This document shows positions 1 through 8,330 of a DNA stretch of 35,440 nucleotides, one piece after another. The DNA lies in the NCBI GenBank assembly GCA_903862375.1, contig CAIOXR010000078.1:1-35440 (forward strand). The letters are read 5' to 3'. The DNA is from an uncultured bacterium (GTDB lineage Bacteria; Patescibacteriota; Minisyncoccia; Phycocordibacterales; UBA9973). Both the position numbers and the translations under genes were made by a program. A model generated the notes under the pieces. That model was not told where the DNA came from. It saw only the letters and a list, made by a program, of their open reading frames with translations, and ran no database searches. Numbering within the stretch: position 1 is the first letter of the stretch; each line of letters opens with the position of its first letter.

Positions 1-64
1 ACGAGGGAGGATGAGGAGCCAGACATTTTTTCATAAAATAATTTGTTACGCATATATTAAAGAT

Positions 65-583
65 ATGAATAAAGAACAATTAAAAGGAAAAGTAAATAAA
101 TTTTTTGAATCAAAAGTTTTTAAGTATGTGATATATGGTTTAGCTACAGTATTCATACTTTCTTTTGTATTTCAAGCTGGGGTAATGGTAGGTTTCAGGA
201 AGGCATCATTTAGTCATAATTGGGGGAATAATTATGAAAGAAATTTTGGTCCTAATCGTCAAATTCCTCGTTTTATAGATGAAGGTAGAGGTATGATGAA
301 TGCTCACGGAGCAGTAGGTAGAATAATTAAAGTTGAATCTCCAAATATTATAGTTTTAGACAAAGATCAGACAGAGAAGATTGTGAAGATAAATGAAGAC
401 ACTAGTATTCTAGAAAGAAAAGAAAAAGTAGACAAAAATATTTTAGCAGTTGATCAATTCGTAATAGTAATAGGGAATCCAAATGATACAGGTCAAATTG
501 AAGCAAAATTAATAAGAATTATGCCAAACCCAGAAGAAATGCCGAAGTTAAATATGAAAGAGTTTAATAACAATAATATATAA
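65..583 (+). CDS. Small membrane-anchored protein (N-terminal TM helix plus C-terminal beta-rich domain, DUF5666-like). It is a paralog of the 4371-4838 product.
   Basis: The tracked ORF is 11-583, but the ATG at 65 (MNKEQLKG...) is the likelier start. The hydrophobic segment VIYGLATVFILSFVFQAGVMVGF is followed by a C-terminal region (GRIIKVESPNIIVLDKDQTEKIVKI...VIVIGNPNDTGQIEAKLIRIMP) that aligns with the C-terminus of the 4371-4838 protein. Confidence 0.55.
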   Translation: MNKEQLKGKVNKFFESKVFKYVIYGLATVFILSFVFQAGVMVGFRKASFSHNWGNNYERNFGPNRQIPRFIDEGRGMMNAHGAVGRIIKVESPNIIVLDKDQTEKIVKINEDTSILERKEKVDKNILAVDQFVIVIGNPNDTGQIEAKLIRIMPNPEEMPKLNMKEFNNNNI

Positions 584-585
584 TT

Positions 586-2226
586 ATGAATAATCAAACA
601 TTTATACAGAAAGTAAAATCATTTATCAGTAACCATAAAATTTGGAGTTTCATTATTCTACTGGTAATTATATTTTTAGTTTACCTCTTCTTTTTTAAGA
701 GTAAAACAACAACAGAAACTAAGTATGTATCTAGTGCTGTTTCTAAAGGGAATATCATAGTCTCAGTTTCAGGTACTGGACAGATAGAGTCAGCTGATAC
801 TATAAATATAAATGCTAAAGTTTCAGGTGATGTGATATCTGTGCCAGTAAAAGTAGGTCAAGAAGTAAAGAAAGGCACTCTTATTGCAAGTATGGATTCT
901 CGTGATGCTAGGATTGTTCTTGAGACTGCACAGCTATCATTAGATAAGATAAAGAAGTTAGACCCGCTTACAGTTCTTCAAAAGGAAAATTCTACAATAA
1001 AAACATATACAGACGGCTGGAATAATACATCTGCTTTTTTGATAGATATGAACGTAGTTGTCACAGGTATGTATGATATAAGTAATGGTTACTTAGGTTA
1101 TAAGAATAAAATGTTATTAAGTGAATCAGGCAAAATTAAACTAGATGCATCTGAAAAGGCTTATTGGGAAGCAAAGAAAAGTTTGGATACTACAACCTCA
1201 CTATATAAAACACTTTCTATAAATAGTTCAAAAGATGAGATAAAGAATCTTATAAGTAAAACTTTAGACACAGCAAAAGTTGTATCGAATGGAGTTAAGT
1301 TAACACAAGCAAGTCTTGATTATACTATCTACTCTCTAGATGCTACTTCCACTACAGATGCTACAAATAACCAGAAAAATTTGACATCATGGACTGCTAC
1401 TACGAATAATTATCTGAATAGTATAGCTACGAATTTAAATAATATAAATGAAAGTAGTCAGTCACTAAGTGATACTTTAGCTGGAGCAGATGAGCTTGAT
1501 ATTCGTCAAGCAGAACTTAACCTAGAGACTAAACAGAATAGTTATAATGATTATTTTATAAGAGCACCTTTCGATGGAATTATCGCTACTCTTACAGCAA
1601 AAGTTGGACAGACTGCAAGTGGAAGTATTGGAACATTAATTGCTAAACAAAAGATAGTAAAGATATCACTGAATGAAGTTGATATTGCTAAAATTAAACT
1701 AGGACAGAAAGCAACACTATCCTTTGATGCTATCGATGGTTTAACCATTACAGGGAAAGTCGATGGTATCGATTCTGTGGGGACAGTGAGTCAAGGAGTT
1801 GTCACTTATAATGTCACTATAGTTTTAGATGTGGATGATGCAAGAGTCAAGCCGGGTATGAGTGTCTCAGCTACTATTATTACTGATACAGCTCAGGACG
1901 TAGTCATAGTACCGAGTAGTGCTGTTAAAGAAAAAAATGGAGTAAGTTATGTAGAGACTTTAGGATTAGCAACTTCCACTGTGACAGATTCACAAGGTTT
2001 AGTCTCTACAGTAAAACCTATTTCTGTAAATATAACTGTCGGATTAGTGGATGACATGTCTTCAGAAATTATTTCAGGATTAAAAGAAGGAGATATAATA
2101 ATAACAAAGACTATTACTACTTCTACTTCAGCAAAAACAACTACAGCACCAAGTATTCTTGGAGCAGTAGGAGGGAATAAAGCAGGAGCAAGTAGTGGAG
2201 CGATGAGATCAGTAATGGGACACTAA
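586..2226 (+). CDS. HlyD/MacA-family membrane-fusion (periplasmic adaptor) protein with a long inserted coiled-coil/Ser-Thr-rich region
   Basis: It has an N-terminal TM helix, a lipoyl-like hairpin (GTGQIES...INAKVSGDVISVPVKVGQEVKKGTLIASMD ... IRAPFDGIIATLTAKVGQ) and a beta-barrel region. It sits immediately upstream of the ABC ATPase and FtsX permease. Confidence 0.8.
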   Translation: MNNQTFIQKVKSFISNHKIWSFIILLVIIFLVYLFFFKSKTTTETKYVSSAVSKGNIIVSVSGTGQIESADTININAKVSGDVISVPVKVGQEVKKGTLIASMDSRDARIVLETAQLSLDKIKKLDPLTVLQKENSTIKTYTDGWNNTSAFLIDMNVVVTGMYDISNGYLGYKNKMLLSESGKIKLDASEKAYWEAKKSLDTTTSLYKTLSINSSKDEIKNLISKTLDTAKVVSNGVKLTQASLDYTIYSLDATSTTDATNNQKNLTSWTATTNNYLNSIATNLNNINESSQSLSDTLAGADELDIRQAELNLETKQNSYNDYFIRAPFDGIIATLTAKVGQTASGSIGTLIAKQKIVKISLNEVDIAKIKLGQKATLSFDAIDGLTITGKVDGIDSVGTVSQGVVTYNVTIVLDVDDARVKPGMSVSATIITDTAQDVVIVPSSAVKEKNGVSYVETLGLATSTVTDSQGLVSTVKPISVNITVGLVDDMSSEIISGLKEGDIIITKTITTSTSAKTTTAPSILGAVGGNKAGASSGAMRSVMGH

Positions 2227-2229
2227 TTT

Positions 2230-2934
2230 ATGATTGAAATAAAAGATATAAGAAAATCATATAGGACTGATGCTGAACCTTTTGAAGCACTAAAAGGTGT
2301 AAGTTTTACTATTAAAGATGGAGAGTTTGTGGCGATTATGGGTCCATCTGGATCTGGTAAATCTACCTTAATGCATATTTTAGGAGCCTTAGATAGTCCG
2401 ACAAGCGGTACGTACTTTTTAGATGGTAAAGATGTATCAATACTTACAGACGATGAGCTTGCTGATATCAGAAAAGATAAGATAGGGTTTGTTTTTCAAT
2501 CTTTTAATTTACTTCCAAGAACAACTGTTTTAAGGAACGTAGTATTGCCTCTCATATATGATGGAGTAGGAGAGAAAGAAAGAATAGTTCGGGCCAAAGA
2601 AGCACTTATAGCAAGTGGACTAGACGAAGCACACTTTACTCATTTATCGAATCAACTTTCAGGTGGTCAGATACAGCGTGTAGCTATAGCCAGAGCTCTT
2701 GTGAATAATCCGACTCTTATACTTGCAGATGAACCGACTGGTAATCTTGATACTAAAACTGGGGAGATAGTGTTGGGTACTTTTCAGAAATTAAATAAAG
2801 AACAAGGAAGGACAATAGTTTTAATTACTCATGAGTATGATGTAGCACTACATGCTGATCGAATTATTACAATTCGTGATGGATTTATTATTAGTGATAA
2901 TAATTTACACGAAAAGAAAATAATAAATTTATGA
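2230..2934 (+). CDS. ABC transporter ATP-binding protein (MacB/LolD-like)
   Basis: Walker A is GPSGSGKST, the signature is LSGGQIQRVAIARAL, Walker B is LILADEPTGNLD, and the H-loop is ITHE. The stop overlaps the next start (ATGA). Confidence 0.93.
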   Translation: MIEIKDIRKSYRTDAEPFEALKGVSFTIKDGEFVAIMGPSGSGKSTLMHILGALDSPTSGTYFLDGKDVSILTDDELADIRKDKIGFVFQSFNLLPRTTVLRNVVLPLIYDGVGEKERIVRAKEALIASGLDEAHFTHLSNQLSGGQIQRVAIARALVNNPTLILADEPTGNLDTKTGEIVLGTFQKLNKEQGRTIVLITHEYDVALHADRIITIRDGFIISDNNLHEKKIINL

Positions 2935-4154
2935 AAACAAAAGATATTTTAGAAGAAACAATTATGGCTCTTTCAAGTAATAAAGTTCGATCAGGACTTA
3001 CTATGCTCGGTATTATTATCGGTATCGCTTCAGTTATTGCTATGACAGCTATCGGTACTGGTGCACAGAATTCTATCTCAGCATCTATTCAGTCTATCGG
3101 TTCAAATCTTATTATAGTTTCACCTGGGGCACCTCGTGGGGTTGGCCAGCAAGTCAGACAAGAGCGTGGTTCAGCCAAGACTCTCACTTTAGCAGATGTG
3201 GAAGCATTAAAGACAATTAGTGGAGTTAAGTCAGTTACAGCTGAAGTATCAAGTAGGTATCAAGTTACAGCAAAAGGTACGAATACAAATACAACTGTAG
3301 ATGGTGTAACTACTGATTATTCTATTGTTAGGAATTTAGAAATGGGTGAGGGGAATTTTATTACAGATCAGAATAATCAAAGTGGAGCAAAAGTAGCAGT
3401 CATAGGTCCGACAGTAGTTATAGATCTTTTTGGAGAAGGGGCTACAGATATAGTTGGCCAGTCAATAAAAATTAAAAGTATACAATTTAAAGTAATAGGA
3501 ATAACAAAAGCAAAAGGTGGTACAGGTTTTCAGAATCCAGATGATATGATTTACATTCCTTTAACTACAGCACAAAGATACTTCTCAGGTGATCAATATG
3601 TGAGTTCGATAAGTGTTGCAGCTACAAGTTCTGATGTCACGACACAAGTTCAGACTGATATTACTACAAAGCTTTTAGATCGTCATCATATATCTAATCC
3701 TACTCTTGCAGATTTTAATACCATGAATCAGGCAGATATTATTAAGACTGCTTCTTCGGTGACCGGGACATTCACAATGTTACTTTCAGCTATAGCAGGT
3801 ATCTCTCTTCTTGTAGGAGGAATAGGTATTATGAATATGATGCTTACTTCTGTCACAGAGAGAACTAAAGAGATAGGGTTAAGGAAAGCAATAGGTGCTA
3901 AAAGGAGAGATGTAAATATACAGTTTTTAGTCGAAGCTGTAATGCTTACATTTATCGGAGGTGTACTAGGTGTGATACTTGGTTGGGGAGTATCATTTGC
4001 TATAACCTCACTAGGAATACTAGAGGCACAAGTGTCTCTATCGTCAGTATTGTTAGCTTTTGGTGTGTCAGCATTTATAGGTATTGTTTTCGGTTATTAC
4101 CCAGCACAAAGAGCTTCAAAGTTAAATCCTATTGAAGCATTGAGATATGAGTAG
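2931..4154 (+). CDS. ABC transporter permease (MacB periplasmic core domain plus FtsX 4-TM type)
   Basis: An N-terminal TM helix is followed by a large extracytoplasmic domain and a C-terminal FtsX-like region (TERTKEIGLRKAIGAKRRDVNIQFLVEA...PAQRASKLNPIEALRYE). Confidence 0.9.
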   Translation: MKTKDILEETIMALSSNKVRSGLTMLGIIIGIASVIAMTAIGTGAQNSISASIQSIGSNLIIVSPGAPRGVGQQVRQERGSAKTLTLADVEALKTISGVKSVTAEVSSRYQVTAKGTNTNTTVDGVTTDYSIVRNLEMGEGNFITDQNNQSGAKVAVIGPTVVIDLFGEGATDIVGQSIKIKSIQFKVIGITKAKGGTGFQNPDDMIYIPLTTAQRYFSGDQYVSSISVAATSSDVTTQVQTDITTKLLDRHHISNPTLADFNTMNQADIIKTASSVTGTFTMLLSAIAGISLLVGGIGIMNMMLTSVTERTKEIGLRKAIGAKRRDVNIQFLVEAVMLTFIGGVLGVILGWGVSFAITSLGILEAQVSLSSVLLAFGVSAFIGIVFGYYPAQRASKLNPIEALRYE

Positions 4155-4155
4155 T

Positions 4156-4343
4156 TGGTTTGGTTTAAAATAGTTCTTCTCAGAGGGTCCGGATAAAATT
4201 AGGTGGAATTTCCTTCCCCTATTGTCTACTGCGTAAAGACAATTTGCTTCGCAACTGGATGAAAAGTAAAGAAGTTTACTTTTCATTACCCGTTCGTCGC
4301 CCTTGCGCACGCCTTTCTGATAAGACTATTTTAAACTCAACTG
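4156..4343 (+). ncRNA. Unclassified GC-rich structured element A. A long closing helix encloses several hairpins, and the 3' half is homologous to 19665-19766.
   Basis: A helix of about 30 bp pairs 4156-4184 with 4316-4343, with a perfect core TTTAAAATAG / CTATTTTAAA. Internal hairpins are 4201-4220, 4221-4243 (ATTGTCT..AGACAAT) and 4257-4290 (TGAAAAGTAA..TTACTTTTCA). The GC content is far above the flanking DNA. Strand is assumed from the flanking genes. Confidence 0.45.
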
Positions 4344-4370
4344 TTATTATTAAATTAAAATAAATATTAT

Positions 4371-4838
4371 ATGGAAAATAAAAAAGTAATTATGAGTGTA
4401 GTAGTTTGTGTTGTTATAGCAGTTCTTAGTTTTTTGGGGGGTATGAGTTACGGAAAAGGGAAGAATAATACTATATCAACTAGACAAGGATCATATAGTC
4501 AGAATGGATTCAATCAGGGTGGATATTTGAAAGGGGCACAAGGAATGCGTAGTGGTAGAAGTGGAGGAATGATGAATGGTGGTGGCTTTACCTCTGGAGA
4601 AATTATTTCAAAAGACGATAAGAGTATGACTATCAAACTTCGAGATGGAGGATCAAAGATAGTATTATTTGGAGCATCTGCAAAAGTAGAGAAGACAGTA
4701 GATGGTAGTATAGCAGATGTAAGTGTAGGTAAGTCTGTGATGGTTACAGGGACTACAAATTCAGATGGAAGCATAAGTGCTACATCTATACAAATGAGAC
4801 CCGCATTCCCAGCTATAGCTCCATCCAAAACAAATTAG
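4371..4838 (+). CDS. Small membrane-anchored/secreted protein with a Gly-rich linker and a C-terminal beta-rich domain (DUF5666-like). It is a paralog of the 65-583 product.
   Basis: The N-terminal TM helix VIMSVVVCVVIAVLSFLGGM is followed by a G-rich low-complexity segment. Then comes GEIISKDDKSMTIKLRDGGSKIVLF...VMVTGTTNSDGSISATSIQMRP, which aligns to the first ORF. Confidence 0.6.
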   Translation: MENKKVIMSVVVCVVIAVLSFLGGMSYGKGKNNTISTRQGSYSQNGFNQGGYLKGAQGMRSGRSGGMMNGGGFTSGEIISKDDKSMTIKLRDGGSKIVLFGASAKVEKTVDGSIADVSVGKSVMVTGTTNSDGSISATSIQMRPAFPAIAPSKTN

Positions 4839-4859
4839 GTTTAAATATAATAAATAATA

Positions 4860-4898
4860 ATCTAAAAATACATAGGCAAAGCCTATGTATTTTTAGAT
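4860..4898. terminator. Bidirectional intrinsic terminator hairpin between convergent genes
   Basis: A perfect 18-bp inverted repeat ATCTAAAAATACATAGGC / GCCTATGTATTTTTAGAT has a 3-nt loop and is flanked by A/T runs on both sides. Confidence 0.75.
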
Positions 4899-4900
4899 TA

Positions 4901-6547
4901 TTATTTAGTACACTCTTTGTCAGCTTGTATATTTAATAATCCGAAGAGTTTGACGCATACATTTCCGATATTTTTCTTATTTGCAAATACGTGGTCTTCA
5001 CCTTTGTATGTTGTAAGATTTACATTTTTATTTGCATCTTTTAATTTTCCATTTAAGAGAGTTGCTTGCCAGAGGGGGACGGTGCGATCAGCTTCTCCTT
5101 GGATTATTTCAATTCTTTGATTCTCTAAATTACTAATTTTATTTATTATTGAAGCTTGATCATAGAGACTTCTATTCGTATTATTGGGTAGACCATTAAA
5201 GTGAGTATTAAATATCGAAGTTTGCATTTTTACAAGCAAACTCTCCCAATCAGTAACTCCATTGATAGAGAATATTCCTTTGAAAGTATCAGGATATTCG
5301 ACTATAGACTTAAGGGACATATATCCTCCATAGCTATTCCCAGCTAAGTAAGTATCACTAATTTTGTATTGATTCTTCATATATTTAGTCGCTTCCATTA
5401 CGTCTTCTATATCTCCTTTACCTACTGACTCTTTTATGCTTTCAGAATATTTTCGCCCCACTCCAAAGCTTCCTCTGTAGTCTAGTTTTAAAACGATTAC
5501 ATTATTCTTCTGTAATAATTTTAACATTGCATCATACATACCATAACTGTGGTAGGGGTGGTAGCCTAAGCTTGTCTGCCTAAGGGGCCCTCCATGAAGC
5601 CAGATGACTAGTGGGTAAACTTTTGTTTTATCATAACTTAGTGGAGTCATCACCACTCCATTTGAAATACCGACTTTCAGAAATTCCTCATTCTTTATAT
5701 TTTTTTTTGTATTTATATTCGGTATTTTTAAATAGCTAATCTTTTTTGTTTTGGTATTGTATATTTCTGGACCATATCCTTTTTCTTGCTGAGATATAAA
5801 GAAAAGATAATTTCCTACTTTAGTAATTTTATCTACATATGAGACGTATGATTCAATTATTTTATCTTTTCCAGTTTTAAGATCAAGATGGTAAAGAGAC
5901 CATATGTAAGGGTTTTCTTTTGTATTTCCTACATAGTAAATATTTGAAGAATCAAAAAAAGTGAAAGTTGCAATATTAGTAGCTGTAGTTACTATTTTTA
6001 TATTTTCAAAACTATTATTTTTAAGATTGTCTGTATCAACTTTGTATATTGAAGTATTATTATCTTTATCATCTAGATATAGTAAAGTCTTTTCATCAGG
6101 GGAGAATTCAAAAACTTTACTATATTCATCTATTAGATCCCAGTATGATACACTTTCAGATATTTTATAATTTATGTTTTCTTTTATATTTTTTATTATG
6201 TAACTTCGTTTATTTTCGGGTTCTTTTGCACTTATATAATAAGCTAAGAATCTACTATTTTTAGACATTATTGCGTGATTACCATTTACTTCTTTTAATT
6301 CTTGTTTAATTAAATTTTTCAGTATTTGGTTATTTGGTTTGCCTATAGTTGTTTTCTTTGTGGAAGTACATTTTAAACTTGTAATATTACATATGTAATT
6401 ATTCTTTTTACCTATACCATAGTATTCTATGAGTACATCTGTATTTGTATATCCTTTGATATTTCCATATTGTATGTCTAAAGCTTGGGCTTTTGATGTA
6501 AAAGTAAAAATTATTATAAGTAAAAATATGTATTTGAGTTTAACCAT
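4901..6547 (-). CDS. S9-family serine peptidase (prolyl oligopeptidase / dipeptidyl-peptidase-like), secreted
   Basis: The C-terminal alpha/beta-hydrolase domain carries the nucleophile elbow GNSYGG plus downstream GEADRTVP and EDHVF (Asp/His candidates). The N-terminal half is beta-propeller-like. The start is placed at MVKLKYIFLLIIIFTFTSKAQA (signal peptide), because the tracked 5' extension to 6697 would overlap the divergent gene. Confidence 0.8.
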   Translation of the reverse strand: MVKLKYIFLLIIIFTFTSKAQALDIQYGNIKGYTNTDVLIEYYGIGKKNNYICNITSLKCTSTKKTTIGKPNNQILKNLIKQELKEVNGNHAIMSKNSRFLAYYISAKEPENKRSYIIKNIKENINYKISESVSYWDLIDEYSKVFEFSPDEKTLLYLDDKDNNTSIYKVDTDNLKNNSFENIKIVTTATNIATFTFFDSSNIYYVGNTKENPYIWSLYHLDLKTGKDKIIESYVSYVDKITKVGNYLFFISQQEKGYGPEIYNTKTKKISYLKIPNINTKKNIKNEEFLKVGISNGVVMTPLSYDKTKVYPLVIWLHGGPLRQTSLGYHPYHSYGMYDAMLKLLQKNNVIVLKLDYRGSFGVGRKYSESIKESVGKGDIEDVMEATKYMKNQYKISDTYLAGNSYGGYMSLKSIVEYPDTFKGIFSINGVTDWESLLVKMQTSIFNTHFNGLPNNTNRSLYDQASIINKISNLENQRIEIIQGEADRTVPLWQATLLNGKLKDANKNVNLTTYKGEDHVFANKKNIGNVCVKLFGLLNIQADKECTK

Positions 6548-6569
6548 AGTTCTATAGTATAATAAATCT

Positions 6570-7184
6570 ATGGATAATACAAAAAAGGGGAGAGAACTTG
6601 TTTTCGTACAAATATTATATTTATTTATTATTCCGATTTTACTTTTATATTTTAAAGTCTTACCTGGGAATTTTAGATTTATTATGTTACTAGTCATAGG
6701 ATTATTATTATTTGGTATAGTGAAGTATGATCGCTGGACTTATGCTGATATGGGGATAAAAAAAGACTTCACGAAAGATATAGTCCCTTATTCACTTTTT
6801 ACAATTGGAGGAGTATTTTTTCTTGTTTGGCTTGCACAGATAGTTCCTCATAGTCCGTTTTTAGAATGGTGGGAGAATGCTAAATTCCTTATTCTTTTTA
6901 TACCTATTAGTATTATACAAGAGATTATCTTTAGAGGTATTCTTATGAATATGCTTCGCCGAGCTTTTGGAAGCCCTATCTTTATTATTCTATTAAATTC
7001 AGCAGTATTTGCTTTTATGCATGTTATATACTTAAACTCTATTTTCGTTTTACCTATGACTTTCATAGCAGGTATAGGGTTTGCTTGGATGTATTACCAG
7101 TATGAGAATCTACCCCTTATTTCTTTCGCTCATACTATCTTAAACTTTACAGCCATGATACTTGGATTTTTTGTAATTAGGTAA
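6570..7184 (+). CDS. CPBP-family intramembrane glutamic endopeptidase (CAAX protease/Abi-like)
   Basis: It is a multi-TM protein with the motifs QEIIFRG, FAFMH and HTILN in the usual order. Confidence 0.8.
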   Translation: MDNTKKGRELVFVQILYLFIIPILLLYFKVLPGNFRFIMLLVIGLLLFGIVKYDRWTYADMGIKKDFTKDIVPYSLFTIGGVFFLVWLAQIVPHSPFLEWWENAKFLILFIPISIIQEIIFRGILMNMLRRAFGSPIFIILLNSAVFAFMHVIYLNSIFVLPMTFIAGIGFAWMYYQYENLPLISFAHTILNFTAMILGFFVIR

Positions 7185-7187
7185 AAT

Positions 7188-7215
7188 AAAATACCTTCAG
7201 TTGTGAGGGTATTTT
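7188..7215. terminator. Bidirectional terminator hairpin between convergent genes
   Basis: AAAATACCTTC / GAGGGTATTTT forms 11 bp including one G-U pair, with the 6-nt loop AGTTGT. A/T runs flank it. Confidence 0.6.
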
Positions 7216-7224
7216 ATATTTAAA

Positions 7225-7767
7225 TTATTTAAAATTTTTCCACATCATTGATCCTTTGGGTAGTATATCTTCGTTATTGTATTTTGCACTTACTTTTTTG
7301 TTATACATTCTTTCTGGAGTTACTTCTCCATCTACAACATAGTATATTAATTGGCCTACTGGCATACCTGGGTATATTCTTACTGGGATACTTGTAGACA
7401 TTTCAAGTGTCCAGAATCCACAATATCCTATGTCTCCTTTTCCTGCTGTTGCATGTATATCTATTCCTAATCTACCTGTGGAAGACTTACCTTCTAAGAA
7501 TGGAACATGTTTGTGTGTTTCAGTATATTCTAGGGTTGAACATAAATATAATTCTCCAGGTTGAAGCACATAACCTTCTTCGGGTATTTCAAAATGTCTA
7601 ATTTCATTATTCTTTTTTGCATCGATTTCCTTGTCTACATACTGAGCAAAATGTTTGCTAAGGTGTACATCATAAGAGTTACCACCCATATTACTAATAT
7701 CAAACGGAGTAATAATTATTTCACCACTATCTATTTTCTCTAAAATCTTTTTATCGGATAATATCAT
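7225..7767 (-). CDS. dcd: dCTP deaminase (dUTPase-fold)
   Basis: MILSDKKILE...GGNSYDVHL...EGKSSTGRLGI...GFWTLEMS are typical Dcd family motifs. Confidence 0.9.
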   Translation of the reverse strand: MILSDKKILEKIDSGEIIITPFDISNMGGNSYDVHLSKHFAQYVDKEIDAKKNNEIRHFEIPEEGYVLQPGELYLCSTLEYTETHKHVPFLEGKSSTGRLGIDIHATAGKGDIGYCGFWTLEMSTSIPVRIYPGMPVGQLIYYVVDGEVTPERMYNKKVSAKYNNEDILPKGSMMWKNFK

Positions 7768-7790
7768 ATTTTTATTTTAACATATTTAAT

Positions 7791-8321
7791 TTAATTGTTA
7801 ATTCTTTCATAAACTACGAAATTCGTATTATATATATTTATATCATCTTTTTCATATTTATTTTCTTTTATTTTTTTCCATTTTAATAGATCTATAGTAG
7901 GGAAGAGTGTATCAGCATCAGGAAATTCCGCATTTACGTGCGTTATATAAAGTCTATCAGCTTTGTCGATGAAAAGTTTATATATCATCCCTCCACCTAT
8001 TATGAATACCTCCTCATTTTCTTCCATTGTATTTTTAAGAAGTATATCGAGTTCATCTAGTGAATATACGATTTCACAATTATTTCTTTTAAAATTTTTA
8101 TCTGAAGTTAATACTATGTTTCTTCTTTTTGGAAGTGGTTTTCCTTTTGTGCCATCGGGGGATATACCAAGAGATTCGAAAGTTCTTTGCCCCATTATGA
8201 CTGGGTGGCCAGAAGTAGTTTCTCGAAAGTGCTTCATGTCTATAGGTAAATCCCATAGAAGTTCATTCTTTCTTCCGATTTCATTATTATTTGCAATTGC
8301 AGATATTATAGATAAGATCAT
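7791..8321 (-). CDS. folA: Dihydrofolate reductase
   Basis: Motifs are ISAIANNNEIGRKNELLWDLPIDMKHFRETTSGHPVIMGQRTFESLG, RRNIVLT and FIIGGGMIY. Confidence 0.9.
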   Translation of the reverse strand: MILSIISAIANNNEIGRKNELLWDLPIDMKHFRETTSGHPVIMGQRTFESLGISPDGTKGKPLPKRRNIVLTSDKNFKRNNCEIVYSLDELDILLKNTMEENEEVFIIGGGMIYKLFIDKADRLYITHVNAEFPDADTLFPTIDLLKWKKIKENKYEKDDINIYNTNFVVYERINN

Positions 8322-8330
8322 AAAATATTT

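Noticed and set aside
1-30. GC-rich stretch ACGAGGGAGGATGAGGAGCCAGAC at the window edge as a possible third copy of the A/B element
   Set aside because: Only about 25 nt are visible, and the similarity to the reverse complement of element B (GATGAGCCA) is too short to distinguish from chance. Upstream sequence is needed.
4122-4310. 62-aa minus-strand ORF in the macB-downstream spacer
   Set aside because: It lies entirely within the GC-rich, highly self-complementary element A and is antisense to all neighbours. It has no motif, and the open frame is better explained by the RNA structure and GC content.
4156-4343. Element A as a known RNA (SRP/4.5S RNA, RNase P RNA, 6S RNA, FMN or cobalamin riboswitch, hammerhead ribozyme)
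   Set aside because: Only short resemblances exist: GGUCCGGA resembles SRP and RNase P, GGUGGAAUUUCC resembles RFN and B12 motifs, CGCAACUG resembles B12, and CUGAUAAG resembles the hammerhead. The order, spacing and other invariant blocks of those families are absent. The length (188 nt) is also wrong for RNase P. This cannot be settled without a covariance-model scan.
6548-6697. 50-codon N-terminal extension of the S9 peptidase ORF
   Set aside because: It would overlap the divergent CPBP gene by about 130 nt. The internal Met at 6547 is followed by a textbook signal peptide, so the extension is treated as an ORF-caller artefact.
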